A stretch of 63,986 nt of DNA, counting the filler, from Stramenopiles sp. TOSAG23-2 (lineage: Eukaryota): NCBI GenBank assembly GCA_900128395.1. It is 3 parts of 3 records of this genome, joined end to end, with 100 filler letters (N's around TTAATTAATTAA, not from the genome) between each part and the next. Parts side by side here need not be neighbours in the genome. Positions count along the whole stretch, not along the records: positions 1 to 21,606 come from LT649535.1; 2 more parts are not named here. One strand, given 5' to 3'. The notes beneath the pieces are model-generated. The model saw only the letters and a list, made by a program, of their open reading frames with translations. It was not told the origin of the DNA and did not search any database. The translations under genes and the position numbers were made by a program. This document shows positions 1 to 10,399 of this stretch, one piece after another. Within the stretch, counting starts at the first letter, position 1. Each line of letters starts with the position of its first letter.

Positions 1-433
1 ATGCTCAATACTCAATCGCAAGAATAATATGCTATCCTACTATAATAAAGCTCTCCTGACGTCGTCGCAAGCTCTCATGCGCCACCGCAAGCTAATACTC
101 CATAAGCACAAGTAGGTCTGAATCCAGTATAACACACTCGATGAAAGTGGTGTGAATAGTCCATAGGTTTTCCAAAGTTTGGTGGTTTTGAATTCCCCAG
201 GGGTGGATTCATAGCAACCATTGTCTTGGATGACAATAGGTTGTGGTTGCAATGCACAAAATTATCACCGTGTATCATACATATCATGTATAATTGATAT
301 GTAAGAGATTTTAATAAACAAAAAATATATATATATATTTTTATTTTTTACTCGTATTTTTTTTATATTTTACACGCACTCACTTTTTTATACGTACGTG
401 CGTACGACGTATATCTCATTAAAAGCAAAATGC

Positions 434-701
434 TGTGTTTTTTTAAAAGTGTATACATTTACACATTATTGTACACACCTAGATATTAATTTCCAATTTC
501 TGTTTTTTTAATAAAACTCCACGCTGCCGCTGCTCAAACTACCTTCACTTCTCTTGCTTTTATCTTTTGTGTTTTTTTAAAAGTGTATACATTTACACAT
601 TATTGTACACACCTAGATATTAATTTCCAATTTCTGTTTTTTTAATAAAACTCCACGCTGCCGCTGCTCAAACTACCTTCACTTCTCTTGCTTTTATCTT
701 T
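434..701. repeat. Perfect 134-bp tandem duplication (434-567 / 568-701) of the last ~19 codons, stop codon and 3' UTR of the 642..6209 gene
   Basis: TGTGTTTTTTTAAAAGTGTATAC...CTTGCTTTTATCTTT is read twice, at offset 134. Confidence 0.95.
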
Positions 702-3700
702 CTGAAGTAATTCTTTCTTATTTCTTAACATCCTATCATTTTCGTTATTGGTAGCATTGTAAAATGGTCTTGCTCGAGCTTTTGGGCCTTTATTTACCTT
801 TGCATCTAATGCAGTAAATTTTTTAGGCCTAGAATTTTCGTTTTTGACTAATTTTTTCTGTTTCATATCCCGAAAAACGACTTTGCGCACATTGCCTTTG
901 CCAGATATCCATTCAATAGTTTTTTGGCCACGAAGCGTTGCTGTAAGATTTGAGATTCGACGTTTTAAACGATCCATTTCTTTTGCTTGTGAATTTGATT
1001 TCTTTGCAATTTCAAGCATCCGTAGGACATATTTATATGCTATTCTTAAATGATCACTGTTCCTAGTTTTCTCTTCTGTATATACCCTTATTTTTGCAAT
1101 ATATGTATTTGCAAGCGTTTGATATTCTTTCTCATCTTCATCCATGGATCGAAATAACATAGCAGCTTCATGCCCATGTGTGACAGCTGCATGTATTTCA
1201 TCCATAGCATCTTCAACTACGGAGGCGCATGATAGTGCACGCGCCTTGTACAACAATAGACACGGATCTAATGTAGCCCCATTTGAACTTAAACCTTCCT
1301 CGCAAATATCTTTGACTTTAAAGAATTGAATTTTTGCGGATTGCAAAAGCATTTTAGAAGAAGTTTCATTATTTACTTTGTTTTCTCCGTTTACATTTAT
1401 TTGGTGCATCATTTTTCTGTATTTAATATAATATTTCATTGCTACATTATAGTCGGCCAATACTCGACCACGTGAAAATTTGCTGCCTTTACTCATTTTG
1501 AATTCATCTGTTTTAGAAGATGTAGAGGAAATATTAGACTTGTTTGACGCATTTGATTTCAATAATGATTTTTTTCTATGAGAACTGTGTTTTTCATCCG
1601 AGGTCTTTAATGAATTTTTATCATTATGCATCTTAGCTTTGTTATTGCGAGTAGTAACGCGACCGTCTCCTCCAGGTGTAGTGAATGCATTACTATTATC
1701 TTTATGGAAAATTTCTTTCGGTGTGTAAAGATCACTCTTAACATTACTGTTATCCTTATAATCCATTTCTTTGACAGGAGTCTTTTTTGTAAGTTGTAAT
1801 ATTTGCAAATCATCATTATTAGCTTCACGTTTCACTTGATTTTTAATACCAGGCAAGGATCTCCATTTGCTAAATGATAAACGATACATTATTATAAGTT
1901 TGTTTCGTAGCAGGTGCTTTAACGATGATTTTTTCAAAATATTAGCATAGCTTTTACTAATTGATTTTTGTTTATTTAATTTATTTTCTAGCAAGTCTAA
2001 CTTCTCTTCGTATGAACTTTGAGTATTTTTCAAAGTTTTTAAATATTTATCAGTCAGGGATTTCATATCCATATTTACTTTTTCTTTCATTTTGAAAATA
2101 TCATTTTTGCATTGCTCTTCAATTAAATTTTTTGTAACATTCAATTCATTTGCTTTGACATTTTTCAATGTAGATAAACGTGATTCATACTCTTGTCTGG
2201 TTGCTTCCAACAAACTTTTGTGTTTAATTTCAGCTTTTTCATTTGCGTCATGCATTGTTACCTTCATCTGTTCTTGTAACGATTGCAATTCTTTATTTTT
2301 TTCTGCAAGTCGCTCTGTAAAGTCTTTCTCTATAGAAGCTCGGATGGCCTGCGTTTGATTTTCAGAATCTTGTTCTTTCAGCATGTTTTCTGTTGCCAAT
2401 TTGTCTATCGAGATTTTCATTCGTTCTATTTCCTTATTTAAATTTATTATAGTAGTATTTTGCTCCATATAAGCTTTCTTTTCTAAACCTGCGTTGATGT
2501 CTTTTAAATGTTTTATTTTCGCTTCCAATTGATTTTTTTGACTCGATACATCTTTTCTGTGCTCTGCATTGGTCGTTTCTATTGTTTTACGAAGTGTATT
2601 CAGTACATGCCTATGTGTGGTTCTTTCCTGCATCAATACCTGCTCTTGCGTCAATTTCTCATCTTTTAGTTGTTTTTCATACATTAAACGAGTATCTTTC
2701 AATTCATTTTTAAAGTTACGAATAACTTCTTTGTCTTTCTCAATTTCTTTTTCGTAGCGACGTTTTATGTCTATTTTCTCTAACTTGTATTTATTTTCTA
2801 AATCTAAGCGGATAACCTGGTTAGCATCATTAACAGTAGCAATTTTATTTTGGTATTCTTCTATCAAATCATGTTTCTCTAACTCAAACTTGGACAATAA
2901 TGGTTTCATAATAGTTTCATCATATTCGTTTTTGATATTAGAAGCGATGCTGTCTTTCAATGTCGCTTCATGTTTTTGTTGCGTTTTTATTAATGTTGCT
3001 TTTTCCATTTTAAATGTATTCATCATCTCAATTGATTTGTTATTCAAAGATTTAATTTCGCTCTTCAATGCCGTTGATAACACTTCAAATGATGCCTTTT
3101 GTTCTACATGATACTTTGCTTGCTTTTCGACTTTCATTTCGTATTTCCAAGCGATAAAGATAGATGTCAATACCTTTTTCTTCAATGCTTTTTCCCATAA
3201 AGTTGCTCTTTTCATTAACGTATTGTCTTTTAAACCTTCGATTTTACTATTTAATTTTTGTTCAAATTGTACTTTTAAGTCCTTATTTTCAAGTTCTTTC
3301 TCCTTTAGGGAATTTTCATACGTTTCCATCATACTATACATCTTCTTATTTTCAACATTCAACTTCAATTCATAATCGTGTTTTTTTTCGTTTAAAGTTG
3401 TATGAAACTTTTGTTTTTCCTGTAACATTTCATTTTCAAACTTACTTTTCATTTTAACACAAGATGTTTCATGCCATTTTTGAAATTTAAGAGTTTCTAC
3501 TTTCATTTTCCATTGTTGAAAAATATGAGAAAGCAGGTTGTTACATTTATTTTTTGCCATAACATTAGCAGCTGAATCTTGTTGCGATGATAATCTTCCC
3601 TCTAAATTTTCACACAATGCAAGTAAAGTGGACTTTTCATTATTTATAGTTGATAATTGATTTCTCATTTCAATAATTGCAGCTTCTGCTACACGATGTT

Positions 3701-6209
3701 GGACCTCTTCATCTCTTAATCGTTTATGTAATTTTTCATTTGTAGCCCTCATGGATTGTACATTTGTTGTATTTACAGACTTGATATTAATCATATCTTC
3801 CTTTACGATTCTCAACTCTTCTTGTATGTTTAAGCATTTTTTCTTTTGCTTTGTCGCTTCTTCAACCAAAGTGACATTTTCTGTTTTATGACGATCAAGT
3901 AACTTTTTAATTTTTACGTCATGTTTTTTCCTTTCCACTGCTTGCAATTTTTTTGCTAATAAATTATTACACCAATTAAAGAAACATTTAGCAATAGCTA
4001 CATGATTTCGTTTCTCTACAAATAAATCAACAGTTTTTTCAACTGCTTTCTCAAGTTCTTTTTGTATTATTTCCGAAGTAGCTTGTCGCAATTTTATGGA
4101 TCGTTTCAAATTTTGCACTTGAATCCTCAAGTCTGAAGTCGTTCTTTTGTTATTTTCAATCATTTTCTGTTCTTTTAACATGGCATCTTGCTTGCAATTT
4201 TCAAATTTATTTGATATTTCTGAAACTTTTAAGTTTAGAATCTCAATTTTATTGTTTTTCTTGCTACTTTCTTTTTCCAATTTATGTACTTGACTACGAA
4301 AACGTAGTTGATCGTTTTTACTTTTCTTTTTTACTGCATCGCAATCTTTCATTATTTTTTGCACTACTTCTTCTTTTTTCGTTAAATCTCGTTTCAGATT
4401 TTTAACAAAATTTGCATGTTTTTCTTTATTTGCATGTAAAGCCCTTTCAGCTTTTTTCTGCATTACGAAATATGACCATTGAGAAAATGCGGTAACAGCA
4501 AAAAATAAATTATGTTTCTTTTTCATTTGATATAGGACTTTTTCACGGCATTTATTTGATAGCATATTATACACATCTTTTTGCTCAACTTTCATTTGTT
4601 CCATTTTTTCCAGAAGCTCTTTTTCTTTTACTTTCTGCTCTTGTATTTCATCTTCATTGCTTTTCAGTTGTTTTTTTAATTGTTCTACATTTTCATCATG
4701 TTTTTTTTTTACCTCGATTAACGCTTCTTCCATTTCTATACGGTTATTTTTCAATGCAATTGCAATATTTTCGTCATGACTCAATGTCATTTTTTGTTGT
4801 GTTTCTTCCATGGTTGTAACTTCGGTTTTTAATTGCAGTATTTTTGTTTTATATGCACTTTCGTTTTGCACCAATTCATTACGCAAATTACGAATTTTTT
4901 CTTCGTATTTTGATTCTATACCTTTCAATTTTGTTTTCGATTCAACACGATTCTTTTTTTTATGAGCGGTAAAAACTTGTTTGTGATTTTTTTTTATTTC
5001 TGCCATTTCATCTTGAAACTCTGACAATTTTTCTTTATATGTTGTTTCATTTTCATGTAACTTTTTATTTAAAGTCTTAATTGTTTTCTCATATTTTGTT
5101 TGCGCTTTTTTGAGTTTTTTATCCATTTCAATACGTTGTTCATTAATGACAGATGATATTGTTGCCTCATGAGATTTGCTATTGCTATCATGAGATTTTT
5201 CCATGTTTGTTATTTCATTTTCTAATTTTGCTATTATTGATTTATATGTAGCTTCATTCTCCTTTAATTTGCTTTCCAAATTTGCAACGTTTTCATGGTA
5301 TTTCATTTTCGCCGCTTTCAATGCGTTTGCAATGTCTTTTTTGTGGTCAATTTCCATAGTCTCTTGAACTTCTTGCATTTTTGATATTGCTTCTTGCAAT
5401 TCATGAGCTTTTTTATTGTATTTTTGTTGGTGCTGTTTTATTTTTTCTTCATAAGATTCTTTCAACTTTTTAATCTTGTTATTACGTTTAGCAATAGTTT
5501 GGTTGTTGGCTTCAACAATTTTATCTAAGTTTTGTACATTTCCTTTTATTTGACGTAATTTCTCCTCATATTGTTTCTTTATTTTTTCAATTTCTTCGTC
5601 TTTTGATAACGATAGAACTTTTAACGCTGCAAGTTGTACTTGTACCTCTCGTTCACTCTCGTTTGCTCTGTCCATTGCAGCCGCAGTTGCCGATTCTAAT
5701 AATTGTTGATGCACTGCGTCATTTTTTTTAATAAAGTCTAAATGTTCGTCTTTTAGCTGCTTTATAGTATTGCTGGTTTCTTTTTCATAGGTTTTCTTAG
5801 CTACGTGCGATTCTATTGTTATATTTAAAATCTGCTTTTTCGCTTTGTTTTCGGCATCTTTTGCTTTTTCTGCATGCCATGATACAAGATTCATATAATT
5901 TTTATTTTCTTTTTTCACATTATCCAAACGTTTCTCCAACTTAACTTTCTTTTTTTCCATTACTTGTAACAACTCTACAGCTTGTTTTAGTTTTGCACCC
6001 AAAGAGCTATCAGTCATTTGCTCTATCTTAAAATTCAAATCGTCTCTTTGTTTTCTCAATTTTTCTATACGTTTGCGGCATACTTCTAACATGTCTTTGT
6101 GTATTTCAACTTCCACATGTGGCCCATGTTCGGCATAGTCTAAACCATGTTGTTCACAGTATTTCAATGCGACTTCTGCAGGATCGTCAATTTCAGCATG
6201 TATATTCAT
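642..6209 (-). CDS. Giant coiled-coil protein (1855 aa) with five Sfi1/centrin-binding-like F-x-x-W motifs; probable basal-body/cytoskeletal protein
   Basis: Uninterrupted ORF with K/E/Q-rich heptads; motifs AFSQW, CFFNW, IFQQWK, IFIAWK, SFSKWR; helical TPR-like C-terminal region. Confidence 0.8.
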   Translation of the reverse strand: MNIHAEIDDPAEVALKYCEQHGLDYAEHGPHVEVEIHKDMLEVCRKRIEKLRKQRDDLNFKIEQMTDSSLGAKLKQAVELLQVMEKKKVKLEKRLDNVKKENKNYMNLVSWHAEKAKDAENKAKKQILNITIESHVAKKTYEKETSNTIKQLKDEHLDFIKKNDAVHQQLLESATAAAMDRANESEREVQVQLAALKVLSLSKDEEIEKIKKQYEEKLRQIKGNVQNLDKIVEANNQTIAKRNNKIKKLKESYEEKIKQHQQKYNKKAHELQEAISKMQEVQETMEIDHKKDIANALKAAKMKYHENVANLESKLKENEATYKSIIAKLENEITNMEKSHDSNSKSHEATISSVINEQRIEMDKKLKKAQTKYEKTIKTLNKKLHENETTYKEKLSEFQDEMAEIKKNHKQVFTAHKKKNRVESKTKLKGIESKYEEKIRNLRNELVQNESAYKTKILQLKTEVTTMEETQQKMTLSHDENIAIALKNNRIEMEEALIEVKKKHDENVEQLKKQLKSNEDEIQEQKVKEKELLEKMEQMKVEQKDVYNMLSNKCREKVLYQMKKKHNLFFAVTAFSQWSYFVMQKKAERALHANKEKHANFVKNLKRDLTKKEEVVQKIMKDCDAVKKKSKNDQLRFRSQVHKLEKESSKKNNKIEILNLKVSEISNKFENCKQDAMLKEQKMIENNKRTTSDLRIQVQNLKRSIKLRQATSEIIQKELEKAVEKTVDLFVEKRNHVAIAKCFFNWCNNLLAKKLQAVERKKHDVKIKKLLDRHKTENVTLVEEATKQKKKCLNIQEELRIVKEDMINIKSVNTTNVQSMRATNEKLHKRLRDEEVQHRVAEAAIIEMRNQLSTINNEKSTLLALCENLEGRLSSQQDSAANVMAKNKCNNLLSHIFQQWKMKVETLKFQKWHETSCVKMKSKFENEMLQEKQKFHTTLNEKKHDYELKLNVENKKMYSMMETYENSLKEKELENKDLKVQFEQKLNSKIEGLKDNTLMKRATLWEKALKKKVLTSIFIAWKYEMKVEKQAKYHVEQKASFEVLSTALKSEIKSLNNKSIEMMNTFKMEKATLIKTQQKHEATLKDSIASNIKNEYDETIMKPLLSKFELEKHDLIEEYQNKIATVNDANQVIRLDLENKYKLEKIDIKRRYEKEIEKDKEVIRNFKNELKDTRLMYEKQLKDEKLTQEQVLMQERTTHRHVLNTLRKTIETTNAEHRKDVSSQKNQLEAKIKHLKDINAGLEKKAYMEQNTTIINLNKEIERMKISIDKLATENMLKEQDSENQTQAIRASIEKDFTERLAEKNKELQSLQEQMKVTMHDANEKAEIKHKSLLEATRQEYESRLSTLKNVKANELNVTKNLIEEQCKNDIFKMKEKVNMDMKSLTDKYLKTLKNTQSSYEEKLDLLENKLNKQKSISKSYANILKKSSLKHLLRNKLIIMYRLSFSKWRSLPGIKNQVKREANNDDLQILQLTKKTPVKEMDYKDNSNVKSDLYTPKEIFHKDNSNAFTTPGGDGRVTTRNNKAKMHNDKNSLKTSDEKHSSHRKKSLLKSNASNKSNISSTSSKTDEFKMSKGSKFSRGRVLADYNVAMKYYIKYRKMMHQINVNGENKVNNETSSKMLLQSAKIQFFKVKDICEEGLSSNGATLDPCLLLYKARALSCASVVEDAMDEIHAAVTHGHEAAMLFRSMDEDEKEYQTLANTYIAKIRVYTEEKTRNSDHLRIAYKYVLRMLEIAKKSNSQAKEMDRLKRRISNLTATLRGQKTIEWISGKGNVRKVVFRDMKQKKLVKNENSRPKKFTALDAKVNKGPKARARPFYNATNNENDRMLRNKKELLQKDKSKRSEGSLSSGSVEFY

Positions 6210-6980
6210 ATTATTATTAATACAGAATTTTGTAAAAAAGAATGAATATATTATTATTTGTGGGGGTGCTATATAGTTATCTCGTTATTATTTATATTAG
6301 TCAACCTAATCTAGAAATAATAGAATTGTCTAGAACTTTATATTTTTTGTTTAAATAATCTTGCGACATTGACGGTTGTTATATATCTATATATTTATAT
6401 CTCTATACTGTATAACTAACATTATATATTATGTACTGTACATGTACAATATAATAAAATTGATAACGGTCCATGAAAAGCATGACACAGCATTAGATTT
6501 GTTTAGTAGAAATAATAAGAAGAAATGAAAAAAAGATACTGTATTGTGCCTTTTGGCTTTTGGAGATAAGCCTGGATATATAGCCTGGATATAGCACAAA
6601 CAACGCCAAACGTTCATATAAAAATATCACTGGTGTGTGGTGTGGTATATATTATTATATCCTGCTTTCTTATTCTTGGCTTTCTTGCTGTGCGCCCCTG
6701 TATTTTATTGGGTTTTTTTTTTTGATACTTAGGAGGACATTGGCGTGATTTTAATAGACTAACAAGTATAAATTAATGGTGTGCACACACAAATCACACA
6801 ATCACACACATGATTTCAATGATGATGACAAATCACAAATATAAAAAAAAACATTAAAACAAAAAAATTTCAAAAATGAATATAAGTACAACAACAACAA
6901 CATTAAAAACGTCAAAGAATTGACCACAACAGTAAGAAAAACAACAAATATATACAATACTATAGGAGATATAAAACATC

Positions 6981-7334
6981 ATGTACTTGGTATATCTAGT
7001 TATCATACTACAACTATTGATCATACAATGTTTGATTTATAAATTGGATGCGAATGATAAATACAAATTTCTTCCATATAACAATAAATATGATAACGCA
7101 GATGTAGACGAGCTAAATGTGCCAATTATAATAAATAATAATAATCTTACGATTTCATTTAGATGCGATTCAAATACAACAGACGTGGCATTGCAATTTT
7201 GTCATTCGCAACAAGTACCACCAAACCAAAATTGCAATATGTTGTTAAGTGCACGCTTGCAACGTATTAATGATATAAAAAGGCGAATTCGATGGTCAAG
7301 GCCAGGTCCATTTTCTTTTTTATGGGGAGAGTAA
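6981..7334 (+). CDS. Small putative secreted protein (117 aa)
   Basis: Hydrophobic N-terminus MYLVYLVIILQLLII; motif DSNTTDVALQFCHSQ; flanked by AT-rich UTR-like DNA. Confidence 0.55.
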   Translation: MYLVYLVIILQLLIIQCLIYKLDANDKYKFLPYNNKYDNADVDELNVPIIINNNNLTISFRCDSNTTDVALQFCHSQQVPPNQNCNMLLSARLQRINDIKRRIRWSRPGPFSFLWGE

Positions 7335-7486
7335 ACAAATCCATCGCTTTTTATTTACACAAAAATATATATATATATATAAACAAATCAAATTTTCATC
7401 TTTTATTTTGTTCTAATATATAAAGATACTGTATTTATAAATAGTGCAATATACTGTATGATAAAATTGTAAAAGATATTTAGGCA

Positions 7487-7722
7487 TAGCCAGCTAAGGC
7501 CAGATACAGTACCACCAAGGTGGTAGCTAGAGCTAGCTAGCCCAGCTAGCTTGGTTGAGTAAGACACAAAAAAAAAAAAAAGCAGAAGAAAATCCGCTTT
7601 TTGCCAGGCGGGCAGGCTGGGCAGGCTGGGCAGGCCCAGGGCAGGCGGGCAGGCTGGCAGGCCCAGCAGGCCAGCAGGCGCAGTCGTCTGCAGCTGGCAG
7701 TCGCACGTGCGCACGACCCGGA
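7487..7722. repeat. GC-rich low-complexity island: AGCT-type repeats followed by degenerate GGCAGGC(T/G)G minisatellite
   Basis: GGCGGGCAGGCTGGGCAGGCTGGGCAGGCCCAGGGCAGGCGGGCAGGCTGGCAGG in otherwise very AT-rich intergenic DNA. Confidence 0.85.
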
Positions 7723-8037
7723 AAAATTTAACAACTATTGCTGACAACGTATCAAATATTAGCATTACACAGCATGAATCGTGCAATCTCTTAAAATGAG
7801 TGGCTGTCCAGCTGTCAGCATTACCCTGGGTTCTTTGCGGTATTAGCCAGATATAGCATACAAATAGCACTATAAAACAACAGGTAAAAAGTGGAGTACA
7901 TACATATATATACTTGTAATTCATAAGTGATGTAAAACATACATCTGGAAGTACATGAAAAGAAAATAGTAGATATATATATATATTAACACAATTTAAA
8001 TTTAAAATTAAATTAAAAAAAAATAAAACAAACAAAT

Positions 8038-9714
8038 ATGTCATTGAAAGTATTATTATTAGCAGTAGTTATTGCTACGGCAAGTGCCAATATCTTAGGC
8101 AACATTCAAGTAGACTTAGATTCTCCAAAAGTTGATACTAAAATCAAATATGAAGCATGGAAAGTTAAATACAACAAAGTTTACGCAACTCTTGAAGAAG
8201 AGGCAAAAGCTATGGACACATTCGCTGCAAACGATAAATTCGTTATTGAACACAATCAAGAAGGACATTCATACACTGTTGGCCATAATCAATTCTCTGA
8301 TTTAACATCAGCTGAATTTGCTGCTGTGTACACCGGTTACAAAACGAAAGACTCTTATTTGAGACATAAGAAAAATTACAATAATGACTTGATCAAAGGT
8401 TATGAAGCTGCACCAACCAGTATGGATTGGGTAGCTAAAGGTGCTGTTACCCCAGTTAAAAACCAAGGACAATGTGGTTCATGCTGGGCATTCTCCACTA
8501 CTGGTTCCACCGAAGGTGCATACCAAATTGCTACTGGAAAACTTGTATCATTAGCTGAACAAGACTTAGTTGACTGTGATAAAGTTGACCATGGTTGCCA
8601 AGGTGGTTTAATGGACAACGGTTTCAACTTCATCCAACAAAACAACGGTATCTGTGGTGAAAGTGCATACCCATACACTGCTTCTGATGGCAGTTGCAAC
8701 ACCCAATGTAAAAAATTGGTTACTGTTTCCGGCCATGAAGATGTTCCAAAAAATGATGAAAAATCACTTCTTGTCGCTGCAAGTCAACACCCAGTTAGTG
8801 TAGCAATTGAAGCAGATAAACCAGCATTCCAAATGTACAAATCAGGCGTATTTGATAACGCAGGTTGTGGTACCCAATTGGATCACGGTGTACTTGTAGT
8901 TGGATACGGTACAATGAACGGAAAAGATTACTGGAAAGTTAAAAATTCATGGGGCGGAGCATGGGGCGATCAAGGATACATCATGATCGTGCGTAACAAG
9001 AATATGTGTGGTATCAGTCAATGTGCAAGTTATCCTACTGGCGCAAAAGCGGCACCAGCTGGCCCAGCTCCTGGTCCATCCCCAGGTCCATCCCCAGGCC
9101 CAGCACCAGGCCCATCCCCATCCCCAACGCCACCAGGTCCACCAGGTCCAGTGCCAACGTTCGCAACGGAATGGACTGCAAATATTACCCAATCAATTGT
9201 ATTGGCTAATGGTCAACAAAAATCCGCATCTGGTACATCATTCCAAAGTGCTAAAAACAACGCAACTCGTTTTGATAATTCCAATGGTCAAACTATTGTT
9301 ACCTTGTTCAACGAAAAGAAACAAATGCTTGTTGTAAACGGTGCATGTAAAGAATATTGCCCAACCACTGGTGAATTCTTCAATGATATCCAGCCATCTG
9401 CAACTGCAGTTAACAAAGGCAATTTCGTTGTTAACGGTAAAAAATGCACTGATTACCATTGGGAAGATAAATTATTCAAAATTATCACCATGGACATCAA
9501 TGATTTATATGTTGATGCAAACAACAATCCAGTACAAAAACATGAAAACTTGACCCCATTCGGTAAAGCTAGTGTTGGTAACAGCACTGAAAATTTCAAT
9601 TCATTCAGAGCTGGTGATCTTCCAGCAGATACATTTGCTGTATCAGGCATTGCTAACTGCCAAAAATCACCAAACTGTCAACAAAAATTAAAATTTGAGA
9701 AATATGAATGGTAA
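8038..9714 (+). CDS. Papain-family (C1A) cathepsin L-like cysteine protease: signal peptide, I29 prodomain, catalytic domain, Pro/Gly linker, C-terminal ependymin/LolA-like domain
   Basis: QGQCGSCWAFS (catalytic Cys), LDHGVLVVGYG (His), YWKVKNSWG (Asn); prodomain GHNQFSDLT; (PGPS)n linker. Confidence 0.95.
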   Translation: MSLKVLLLAVVIATASANILGNIQVDLDSPKVDTKIKYEAWKVKYNKVYATLEEEAKAMDTFAANDKFVIEHNQEGHSYTVGHNQFSDLTSAEFAAVYTGYKTKDSYLRHKKNYNNDLIKGYEAAPTSMDWVAKGAVTPVKNQGQCGSCWAFSTTGSTEGAYQIATGKLVSLAEQDLVDCDKVDHGCQGGLMDNGFNFIQQNNGICGESAYPYTASDGSCNTQCKKLVTVSGHEDVPKNDEKSLLVAASQHPVSVAIEADKPAFQMYKSGVFDNAGCGTQLDHGVLVVGYGTMNGKDYWKVKNSWGGAWGDQGYIMIVRNKNMCGISQCASYPTGAKAAPAGPAPGPSPGPSPGPAPGPSPSPTPPGPPGPVPTFATEWTANITQSIVLANGQQKSASGTSFQSAKNNATRFDNSNGQTIVTLFNEKKQMLVVNGACKEYCPTTGEFFNDIQPSATAVNKGNFVVNGKKCTDYHWEDKLFKIITMDINDLYVDANNNPVQKHENLTPFGKASVGNSTENFNSFRAGDLPADTFAVSGIANCQKSPNCQQKLKFEKYEW

Positions 9715-10399
9715 AAGATTGATTCTGCTGCTTGATGATACTTTATAAAATTTAGTATCATCAACGAAAGAAAAAAAAAAAAAAAACTTCTCGTTTTGAT
9801 AAAAAGATTTAAATATAATATGCACTTTACCAATATTCAATTATGTATAGAAATTTAACATCGCAATAAATTCATTTGCATTTTAAGTTAATACATGATT
9901 AATATAATTCATATGGTACGTTAAATATAAGTTATATAAAATTAAAAAAAATATAAATATATATTTTTCGGCATATGTTTAAATTTGAATTTTTATTTTA
10001 AAAAAATAAAAATATATATATAAAAATGAGAAATTATCAAAAATATGCATGTATGATCTGTTTGTTCTTCGTTTAAGATTTTACACGTATGATAAAATCT
10101 ATAATTATATATGCAAAAAGCAATTTTTTTACAAAAAATGTGTGATTTTTTTAAAAAAGTAATCAAATATAGTGTGTGTGTGTGTGAGTGAGTGAGAGTG
10201 TGGGTGTACAAACACTATAAAATGCTATATAATATTATATATACGAGCGTACACTTTTGTAAAAATATATCGAGATAAATTGCTAATTTCGCCTAACTTT
10301 TTCTATCATAACTTTTTCCTAACGCACTTAACCTTTTATTTCTACGAGTATGTAAAATAATATTTTAAAAACATAACACTAATATATAATATTGTTGTT

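Noticed and set aside
40..287. Two 70-aa ORFs and a small hairpin at the window start
   Set aside because: No recognisable homology; may belong to the dispersed element but cannot be resolved here
7403..8044. 213-aa minus-strand ORF
   Set aside because: Runs through a GC repeat and AT-rich promoter DNA; non-protein-like composition
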